Shown here: positions 12,431 to 23,219 of the stretch, piece by piece | How the letters are laid out: each line of letters begins with the position of its first letter | Numbering within the stretch: position 1 is the stretch's first letter | Assembly (NCBI GenBank): GCA_000934665.2 | Contig: KZ538410.1 | Span: forward strand, 1-64,000 | From: Catajapyx aquilonaris | Lineage: Eukaryota | Length of the DNA stretch: 64,000 nt | Direction of reading: 5' to 3' | Notes under the pieces: generated by a model | Told to the model about the DNA's origin: nothing | The model's input: the letters and a program-made list of their open reading frames with translations, nothing else | Database searches by the model: none | Program-made: the position numbers and the translations under genes

Positions 12431-15400
12431 ATGAAGTACATCATATTCTTAACCCTTTGGACTATAATGGGAAATCTTCATGTGACCACTCCCCTAAGTG
12501 AAGTGTATCCATGCAACAGGTAAGCACAAAGTGCATGTTGTTTTACAGTACCAGTATATACATAATATGTGGATGCTTTAAATTGCCACTCACACAAGTC
12601 CGAGATTTCTGAGATAGTGAAGATAATATGTGCGTGGATCTGTAGTACCCAGAAAGTGATATCACTGATACGAAAAATGCTAGCCACTGCATTAAAACAG
12701 GTCATGATCTCTTATGTCACAGTGACGTCACCACTCTGCTTATGTTCACTCATGTATGATTGTGCAGTGCAGTACTAGAATATTGTAAGAATATGAGTGG
12801 CATGCGAGACATACAGGAAAGTTAGTACCAATTAAAAGCGATATTGATATCACTGTGCAATGAAATATTATATTCCTGTTATTAATAGTTATCAATTTGG
12901 AGTTGAAAATTCCTGCACCGCATAATTATTTATTTTTAAAATATCTAAAAATTTTGTGCCGATACTTTTGCTGCTGAGAATTATCAAAATTGGACAATGT
13001 CGTGAATTTGGGCAGTTCCCGAAGGCTGTCTCCATCACACAAGCGTCACAAATAATAATCACAAAATATTGTGAGGCAATATGGCCCATTCTGACAGGGT
13101 GTCACTTATTAATTTATTTTGAATAATTTTGAAGGGAAGTAGGAACTCACAAAAATGGTAATTCATGCTAGGTCAACCTCGTTTTGCTATAGGTCTAGGT
13201 CTATTGTCATTTGTCAGTGTTGACATTAGCAACGCTCACTGATGACGCATTGTAGAGCAGTAAGGTCAGTGATGTTACATTAAAGGTCTTATTTTGCTGA
13301 TGAAGTCATCATTAAATTTTGTTGCCGTTCTGCATATGATGGCCCTGGAAGCCCGTCACATTCTAAATGCAGACACATGCAAGCACATGTCTGAAGTAGG
13401 CTGAAGGAGCTGAAGTCTAGGGCACATTACACCTGCTGTTGTCAATTGGTGTTTATGGTAGTTTGTTGATCAATAAGATAGAAAATAAACCATGCATACA
13501 TATGACAATGTAGAGTTGAAACTGCAATGAGCTTTTGCATAGCCTGACACCCTGTTCTCACACTTCCCACTTTTTTTGAGAGCATATTTTGAAAACATTT
13601 GATGAATATTTTTATTTGTCTTTTGTGGCTCATTTGAGCTTAACTTTGCATTTCTTATTATCAGCAACATATTCTGCTATGGGCCTGTCCTGCAGACTGT
13701 CCAGTTGTCCCATATTTTCAATGACTCCAAAACCTTCGTGGACATGAAGCTTCAACATCCTCCCTCGGAGGTTCTCCAGGCTTATAATGCCATGATGAGT
13801 GACACCAAACAAAACCCAACCCAAGATGATGTCCGCAAGTTTGTGAACTCGAATTTCGACCCTCCTGGCTCCGAGCTGGAGATCTGGCAACCTACTGATT
13901 GGCACCCAAACCCAAAGTTCATATCGCAAATCTCAGACCCCACACTTAGGGAATGGGCGAAGGAAATCCATGCCATCTGGAAGCAGCTTGGTCGGCGAAT
14001 CAAGCAGGAAGTGGAGCAACACCAGGAGATGTATTCAATCATATATGTGCCGAACCCAGCCATTGTTCCAGGTGGGAGGTTCAGGGAATTCTACTACTGG
14101 GACTCATACTGGATCATCCAAGGTCTGCTTTTGTCTGAGATGCCGGACACTGTGAAAGGAATGCTGGAGAATTTCTTGCTCATGGTCGAACGGTATGGAT
14201 TCGTACCAAATGGTGGTCGAGTGTATTACGAGAGAAGGTCACAGCCACCGCTGCTGATTCCAATGGTTGCCAGTTACTTGAAGGCTCATCATGACCCTGA
14301 CTTCTTGAAGCAGAACCTGGACACTCTGGAGAGAGAGTGGCTATTCTGGTCGGCCAACAGGACAACCAAGGTTAGGATTAACGGGAAGGTCCACCGGTTG
14401 GCCAGGTATTTCGTGGATGTTGGGGATCCCAGGCCAGAGTCATTCAGGTGGGTCTTTTCTAACTATTACTGAACAATTTAACAGCTCAATCGAGGGAGCT
14501 TTCTTCGTTTTACTTAATGTACTTTACTTGATACCTCAGGGAGGACTACCTACTCGTGCAAAACCTCAGCTCAAAGGCACAGGATGACCTCTATGCAGAG
14601 CTGAAGAGTGGGGCTGAGTCTGGCTGGGACTACTCCACTCGATGGTTTATCAATGCAGCAGACCCGCAGGATGGACAGGAGAACTCGACACTTCTGGACC
14701 TCAAGACCTCCAAGATCCTTCCTGTAGACCTTAACTCCTTCCTATGCATGAATGCCCGCCTCTTGTCTGATTGGTTCAGGGAGACAGGCAACACGACTAA
14801 GGCAACCCAGTACGAGAACTATGCCAATGAATGGGCGGAGGCCATACATGATGCGTTTTGGGATGACAAAGATGGCATATGGTACGACTATGACGACGAC
14901 AATAAGTCACCCCGACGCAGGTTCTACCCTTCAAACATTGTGCCACTGTGGGCGGGTTGCTACAACAAATCTAAGGCGAATGAAATTGCGCGCAAGGTGG
15001 TCCAATACCTCCGGAAAGCAAAAGCAGTCCATTATATCGGAGGGGTCCCAACATCCCTGCGTCACTCAGGCCAACAGTGGGACTTCCCCAATGCATGGCC
15101 TCCCTTGCAGCACTTCATGGTGGAAGGACTGGATGCCACTGGATGCGATGAAGCAAAAGCATTGGCCAGAGAGCTTGCTGAGAAGTGGATCGCCACCAAC
15201 TGGCTGGCCTACAAAGAGTCAAACCACTCCATGTTTGAGAAGGTGAGAAAGTCACTCTAATGCACGCAAATGAAGAATACTAATGGTGTAAATGCTTCTC
15301 TCAAAGTACGATGCAACAGTATCTGGTCTTCCTGGAGGTGGAGGCGAGTACGATGTCCAGCTGGGGTTTGGTTGGACTAATGGAGTCGTCCTGGACTTCC

Positions 15401-15531
15401 TGAACAAGTACGAGAAGCTCACTCTTCCTGTACGCCAGTCAACTAGTGCAGCTGATGTCAAATCCCGAGCAGTTGCTGGACCAGTAGTACTCATTGGATT
15501 GGCCATCAGTCTGGCAGCTTTGTTAGGGTGA
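12431..15531 (+). CDS. Treh: Trehalase (GH37), ~599 aa, with signal peptide and C-terminal hydrophobic anchor; 4 exons: 12431-12519, 13665-14447, 14540-15242, 15307-15531
   Basis: Signatures DSKTFVDM, PGGRFREFYYWDSY, RSQPP, AESGWDYSTRW, QWDFPNAWPP and GGGGEYDVQLGFGWTNG. Exon 1 (MKYIIFLTLWTIMGNLHVTTPLSEVYPCNS) joins NIFCYG in phase 2 via AG|GTAAGC. Confidence 0.93.
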
Positions 15532-16271
15532 AGTAAGTTGATTGGCTGGCAATGGTATTGTTGACAATAAGTATTTTTCTTTGCATTTTAGGTACCGCTA
15601 TTTGATGGCGTCTGGGTGATGGGACTAGTTTGTAGCACACCTTTCCGTGTTTGTCTGGGGGAGTGACACGCATGGCTACCTTTGGGACTGCGGAAAATGC
15701 CAGTATTGTCCACAGAAGTCAAGCTTTGAGGGGTTCATTAATTTCTGTGTGTGAGAAAAAATTCATGGCAAGTAAATTAGATCTAATATTGCCTCTAAGT
15801 GGGTCTGAAATACTTTCAACTGTATCTACTGCATTGCACATTCCCAAGTGTGCAATTAGAGTACAATTGGCAGTGGTTCACAACCAAGCTGAAGCAATGT
15901 TATGTATTTCACTTGCCATGTACTTTTGTTCCATAGAGGGGTACTTAATATAATGTGTAAATTACAGTGAATAATAAATAGATGCACGGAACACTACAAA
16001 CGTGCTTCAGTTACGTACATGGTTAAGGAGCTCTGTCGTGTATCGTTAATTCCTGTGCTCATTCCACTGGGTGTCACAAAATGTTTGAGCAAGGCAGACA
16101 GCAGGAGGATCCTACTGTTGTTACCCTCCTGGGATGCTTTCGCATGAATTCTCACCTGTTACGTGATCCTTAATGTGAGCTCTCCCTCTCCAGAAAAATG
16201 GAGACAAGTAAAAAGCCAGGAGAAAATTGCAGATTCTTTAGTATGTGTGTACAGACCATGGCCTTAAGAAT

Positions 16272-16598
16272 AGACACTACCCTCTTATGGCCTTTGGGGG
16301 CGTGCTGGGGCGTTTTTCGGGAGGTGACGCTTTATGGCGGTTTTCTTCACGACAGCCCAGTGGCGACACCACCAGACTCAGTAGAAGAGAGGCAACTCAC
16401 TCCTCTTCTACTGACATTCAGAGGAGTCCGAGGAGTAGAAGAGGAGTGAGTCGCCTATTTCTTCTACACTGACTGTGAGTCCGGTGGTGTTGCCACTGGT
16501 CTAAGCCGTGAAGAAAACCGCCATAAAGCACTATCATGAGGTCACCTCCCAAAAAAAAGCCCCAGCAGGCCCCTAAAGGCGATAAGAGGGTAGTGTCT
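16272..16598. mobile_element. Foldback MITE
   Basis: agacactaccctcttat... / ...ataagagggtagtgtct, with arms complementary along most of the length (e.g. tttatggcggttttcttcacg / cgtgaagaaaaccgccataaa). Confidence 0.75.
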
Positions 16599-16630
16599 GG
16601 GGCTGGTACAGACCGTGGTATACACTACCC

Positions 16631-17630
16631 TGCATTAATAGCTATGCACATTCAGCTCCGCAAGATGGGGGACACGCAAAAATAAGAGCCGGTGGCTGTG
16701 TACAAAATACTTGGACAGCTCAAGACTGCTCAAGACATCGTGGTGGATTCAAACGCTTGCTACAAAGCTGGATCATAGATATTGTAGTGTCCTGGCAACC
16801 AGCCTATTGTCTGTTACCTAGGTTGCCAGGACGCTGAGGTTGTTGTTGACAAATGTTGTTAGTTCTATTCCTGCCATCTTGTGAGAAGGACGTGTTGTCT
16901 ATGTCCTGAAAATAGTGCCATTCTGGTTGTTACTTCTTCCCCCGTGTGTGATTATTGCGTGGTGTCCCTGTCGTCCTATCGAGGGGCACTACAATATATC
17001 ATATGTATCTATAGGATGGATTATAAAACCATTTCAATTCCTCTCAATGCACTGAAGTTGTATTAGTAATATTATTGTCTCCTGTTAATGTGCGGCTGTA
17101 AAGGGGACTTTTGGCAGTGCACATAAGCAGCATCACTCTTCTCTTATAATTTCACTGTTAAATTCAGGAGTTTTTAATACATTGTAGTAAAACGAAGCAA
17201 GTAATATAGGGTGGTGCAAAAGATTGGATATAGGAGACAACTGTCATTCGAGAGACTCCCGTATAACTGACTAATGATTGGCAATGGATGATGTTTCTTG
17301 TCAACCCCAGCAGATCCTACCCCTTCCTTGCAAATAACTTTTGAAGTAAAAAGCGAAATGATGAGAGAAGAGTGATGCTGTTTACACGCACTTCAAAAAG
17401 GCCCCTATACAGCCGCACATTAACATGAAATAACAATACACGTGGTCCGTGTAATAACTGGTTCACAACCTCAGTGCATTGATAGGCATCCCACAGATAT
17501 ATCTATGATCCATCTTCGTAGCAAGCGTTTGAATCCACCGTGATATCTTGAACTGCCTAAGTATTTTGGACGCAGCCACACCGCTGCTTATTTCTGCCAG
17601 GTGGCGATGTCTGTGTATAGCCATTAATGC
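16631..17630. mobile_element. Non-autonomous long-TIR (Mutator-like/foldback) element with inner inverted repeats
   Basis: ~150-bp imperfect TIRs (tgcattaatagctatgcaca...ggattcaaacgcttgctac / gtagcaagcgtttgaatcc...tgtgtatagccattaatgca). An inner IR spans ~17045-17145 / ~17360-17482. Confidence 0.65.
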
Positions 17631-18042
17631 ATTACTGTCCTGACAATGGAAAAGCCTTCCCATGCATTGTTGTGGCTTGCGTAGCGAGGGAAATGTCACA
17701 CACGTACTTCATGTGGGGAAACCGTCAAAGTGGCTATGATGTGAATGGGCCTGAAGACCTGACTTTGCCTGGTGAAATTACATGTTTACGAAATTTAACA
17801 CCCATTTGGCATTCTGTTTGTATGCAGCTTTTACTGTTTGCTTACTTCTTACGTATATTTCCAGACTTGCAAAGAACTTAATTAGTTACCAAAATCTTTA
17901 TTAGCGTGCCATTAAGAAATGCTTTAAAAATTCTTTTTTTGCTTAGATTGACAAGCAAAGGCCGGAAGGTGCTAACATGGTCTTGTACCCAACATGAAGA
18001 AAAGGCCGCTTTGATTTCATGGCACGCACGTCCATGAACTAA

Positions 18043-20949
18043 TCAGACAAATGCCTTGTCAGCGTAAGGTGTAACGGGTATTCCTGTGGGATTGGCTGTC
18101 CGGAGCTGGTAAAGCAGGGACTCCTTCTTCTTCCTCTCTACTTCCTTCTGCAGCAGTGTCTTGGGTCTCACCGAGAGAGTCAGTTGTCCACAGAACATGG
18201 AGTGAATAATCTTCCTGAGGCTGTAGTATGCAAACTGGAAACTATTAGAATTGATCACGGCATAGAACATGCCTGGATGGTCCAAATTGTACTGCAGGTA
18301 CACCTCTCGCAAATCAAGTGCTGCCCTTGCCTCGGCACACAGGGCAGACAACCTGGACTGCTTAAGGCGATCATTAGGTAGCAGGTATTGCAGTGGGACT
18401 TCCCGAATATTCAGGTCACCAAGATCAAAAGGCCACTCCTTCTCAGTTACATTCCTTGTCTTGAGGCCATCCAGAGTGGCGTTATCAAGTGGTTCCCATT
18501 CAGGAAAATCATCGGTCATAACATTGTTGATGACATGCTTGAGTCGAGAGGTGTGTATCTGCTCATCCATTGCAATGACCAGAACGGCACGAGCATGGGG
18601 ATGAGACATTTTCATGGTCAAGGCAGCTTCCAAGTCAAGAGTGATGACTAGGACCATCCGTCGGACTGCAGCTGTTTCAAGCTCCCTGCGAGCCAGACCA
18701 TACCTGTGAGGGAAGAAAGCTGGTGTAATTTACTTGTAAACTGTTGTGAAATATATCCTTCTGATCCTTTATGCATGCAGGAACTGTGTATGTATACAGC
18801 AAAGAATAAGTCATTTTTCTTAACCTCCTGTCTCCTACCTACCTGTCGCCAATTTTGCTGAATGTTACGAGAAGGGTGCCGTTGTTCTCCATTTCATCAA
18901 ATTCTGCTGAGGTGACAAAGTGGTGCACTTTATCAGTTTCTCCAGGGCGTGGGTCTCTGGTGGTGGTGATGCATCCATACCAACCCCTCCCCGGGAGGTT
19001 CTCGCACAGATGGAGTGCTAAATGGGTCCGCAAGCTGCAGGGTGGGCCTACCAGCACAAGTATGGGATTAGGCGCAGATCCAATAGGGAAGATATCTGGG
19101 GTGATGCGAAGGGGCTGCTGCAATTGAATGAGGATCTGGCGAGCATGTTTTTGGATTGCCTTGTACTCCATCGAAGGCTGCAAAAGCAAAGTTGCATTCA
19201 TCTGGTGGAAAGAGAGAAACGCATATTATTTGGCGTTGTTTCCTCAACAAATCAAAATTGTGGAGGACACTGTACCCTATCCTCCTCGGTAACAGGGTCA
19301 TTATCTATCATCATAATATTGGGCAGGCTGAAAATCAACATCTCTCTGTAGTGTGGAAACTCAGCCAAAGGATTGCCCTTCATGGACACCTCCCAAAGCT
19401 CGCTGATATGATGTAAACTTCTCAGATCCTGCACGTTGTGGATTTTATTATCTGAAATATCAGACAAAATTCAAGATTGTAACATTGACCTTATCTAACG
19501 ACTAACGTTTAAAGGGGTCTCCATAGTTGTCTCCAGGCTAGTCCTTATTCTTAACTTTCGGATGTGCCTCTCAATAGTGGGCACTTCCATCCTTTAAAAA
19601 GTTCTACCATTCTGATTGGAAGAACCTTAGAAAATGTTGCAGGACAAGTACTAGGGCCAACCCAGGGACTCTCCAAGGAACCCCAGCCTAATAGTTACAG
19701 ACGTGTGAGATCTAATTCTCTAAGCTGGTAGTGACGTGTCAGGTGTTCCATCGAAGTGACAGAGTTGCTACTAATGTCCAGCTTCTGCAACAGTTCCAGG
19801 TGCACAATGCCATCGAGACTGTCCAGATCGTTGTTAGTCTGAATGAGCACACAAGTAAGCCTATAAGTAATCCACTCCAGCAATAAAAATCACACCAACT
19901 ACCAGTTACAGTATTGTGAAGAGGTAGCAAGAGATCATTCGAAGTGAATAATGTAGCAACAATTATTTTTATATTCATTCTACGGCGACTCCTGAGTGCA
20001 CTAAATTTTATTTGATCGTAAGAACTGTGTGTATACCATTTCCACACAGCCTTTCAGCAATAATTCCCTCCCTCTCTTCTCTCTCTCTCTCTCTCTTTGT
20101 CCTCTTTCCCCATAAAGATCAAAATGCAATTAAATTTCTCACCAGCAAAAGAGTTCGCAAAGGTAAAGTTCCCATAGGGCAAATCTTCGACACATGGTTG
20201 AAGGACACATCTAGGTGGCGCAGGTAACGAAGTTCAGACAAGCCTTCAATGACACAAATCTGGTTGTCTGAAAGTCAACTGTTAAGTCAAATCACAATAA
20301 AATATGCACAATGTTACACCCTACTTCTCCAATACAGGCCACAAATTAACAAATTAGACAAATTTAACCCAAATTCAAGGATACGACATAACATGAGCTC
20401 CTGTAGGGTCCAAAACTCGGATAAGTTTGGCATGTTGCTGATGTAGTTGTATGAAAAGTCAGCTATGGCCAGTAGTAATGGAGCTTTAAACCCCAGCAGT
20501 CTCTCCAGGCAGTTATGGGACACATCTAGTTCAGTCAGGTATGGCATCCATCCGAGGGCAGAGAGATCAGTCAGCTTGTTCCCTCTAAGGTTGAGGTGTC
20601 TCACATGACACAGCTTCTGCAGGCCCCAGATTTCATCGAGAGACTTGTACGCCAGATTCAGTTTCACATACACGTAGGCTTTCCCATCTTGCGACAAGGC
20701 AGGGCCACCTTCCCAGCTGGGGGCAATCACATCATAGATGGTCGGCAAGTTCTGCTTTTCAGAGCTGCCATTGCTGGCATCACTCTTAGTGCTCTTGGTG
20801 TCACTCCATTTGATGCTCTTGATGCTCTTGGTGTCAAAAGATGTGCTATCATCTACGTAGCCGCTCTTTAAGGATTGTGACTCATCTGTGGTAGGGGTGG
20901 CTGTTGCCAGTGACGCTGATTCTTCCTCCTTCACCGCAGGCAGGGGCAT
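18043..20949 (-). CDS. LRGUK: Leucine-rich repeat and guanylate kinase domain protein, 6 exons: 20949-20385, 20267-20143, 19838-19703, 19451-19276, 19201-18843, 18703-18043
   Basis: SDS22-type LRRs (LRHLDVSFNHV, LQKLDISSNSV) and an LRR cap GNPLAEFPHYR, followed by GK motifs LVLVGPP, TTTRDPRPGE, HHFVTSAEFDEM and DRYGL. All phases are consistent. Confidence 0.85.
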
Positions 20950-21497
20950 CTTGACGAAAAGAATGTGTTGTGATCTATCATTTCCTAGGTTACACTGGTG
21001 TCTTTTTAAATGTTCATTCTTGAATCACATTTTGAGCTCAAGAAATATTAATTTTGTCCTTTAGCTTTAGAGATTTTCTTTTACACTCCAGCAATAAAAA
21101 TCATACCGACTACCAGTTACGCAGGATGCTTACAGCACATCCCCACTTCACTGGCAGCGTAAGAAAAAGATTTCATTATTATTCTGAATTCAGTTAACAT
21201 ATTATGTAAGAATATTTATATATATTTATAGGTTGCACACAGTAGTGGATTCCAAATGAAATGCCTGCAGTGGTTACTGTTTTTTTGAAACTAATCTGCA
21301 ATTATTTCCAAATAGCTTTAGCTTTGAGAATCCTAACCATGAAAATCATTGTTATGAAACGTTTTATTACTATTCTTCTTGTGTCGGTGTTTCATGTGTT
21401 TCATATCTTTTCCCACACTAATTTTTTAACTGACCACCCTTAGGGTGACAGGCAATCTGAGAAGGACAAAGAACAAAATGCAGGTGGCAATCCACCA

Positions 21498-23086
21498 ATG
21501 TCCATGTACTCATCAGAATCTGAAGAGGATGAGAGTATGTAACTATAATAATATTATGAGCACTGTTAGTTTTACAACATGCTTATTAAATTACTTTTAC
21601 AGAAAAAGGTAAATTACAAGATGAGGTACTCGAAGAGCGAGAGATAGTGGCATTTTCCCTTTATGAAGCAGTGGAGGAAGTACAGGCAGAAAGATCAGGG
21701 AAGATGGAAGAGTTGTTGAATAGAAGATTGCAAGTTAAAGGCCATGGTAGAAGAGGTGAAGTGATGGACAGCAAGGAAGTGATGCTGTTGCAAAAAATGT
21801 ATGAAGAAAAAATGAAACATGGTGGCATAAGCTTCTTTGATGACATAGCACACAGAAAAATCCCTTGTGACAATGTCATCAATCCTCAAGTATGGTACTA
21901 CAGGTATGTTAGCTATGCTTACATTTGTCTATGTCAGTACCAGCAGGAGTTTCTTACTAGAAACCAGCCAGCACAATAAACATAGATTCCATTCCTGCTT
22001 TCTACTGCATGAGGAAAGCACAGGACGTTTAGTCTCTAATTTCACTGAATTCTGGCTCTGAAAAATCCAATATAATTGCATAGGTGGCTGAGGAGAAAAC
22101 CCCCTAGCCAAACTGTGTCGCATGTCAAAGTTGAGAAAGGTCCTGTCCAGAAGCCAAAGACGGTGGAACGTGATGCGGATCCCCCACAAGACACTTGGGT
22201 TGTGCTTCCATTTAATGAGCAGGCTAATTTAGAAACACCACAAATGGATCACTGGGTGGAGACCAAGAATGCAGCTTCGCTAAGGAGGGTTCTCTTCTCC
22301 CAGATTCCAGACGGGCTTCTGTGCATCCAGTATCCTTTTATAGCATCTGTCTATTTTGCTTGGTCCACTAAAATTTTTGGTGCAAATGGTGCTTGATAGT
22401 GTATAATGGAAAAGTTAAAGTTAGCAGACCAAGCGATGCAGAGCTGAGATGCTGGTCTCAAAGTGCTGCAAATTTGTAAATATTTTTCCATCATAGTGTC
22501 AAATGGACACAGAAGGCACCAAGTCATAATTCACACTGTTTGATAACACATAAAGAAGGAAGGCCATGTAACTTTTTTGAGAGAACCTATTTTTGCAGGC
22601 ATGGATGGGCCTGGACGACCTTTTTAATGCCCTGTATTATCCGTGTTCATTCATGTGCCACTTGAGTATGCATCCATAAAGGTTGAGTCCTGAACTGTCT
22701 CCCAGATACTACTCAGGCAACCTTGCTATCTCCCAGATCCCAACCCGTTCTGGCCCAAGCACATTGGCTTTCAGGGACAGTAACAGGTCAGGCATTCTCT
22801 TCATAAGCACCCCTGAAGGCCTTTGCTGGCTGTTCGATAAACGCAAGCAGGTCCGTCTGGAGTTCGACAATGGGAATGTGACCGTAATTGATAAAAAAGG
22901 CAAAGTGACCGAATGCTACTCTTGGAATGAGCTCAATCGAGAACCTTTATCCTTCACGATTGGCCGCCACATCAGTTTCCACGTAGACAATAACAAGACA
23001 TCACTCTCCTTTCGGGAAATGCAAGAACTCTTTAAGGTCAAGATCGGTCATTTCGTTATGGAAAATAAAGATGACAGCGATACCAC

Positions 23087-23165
<79 letters not shown>

Positions 23166-23182
23166 GGCAGTGGCAGTGGCAG

Positions 23183-23219
<37 letters not shown>

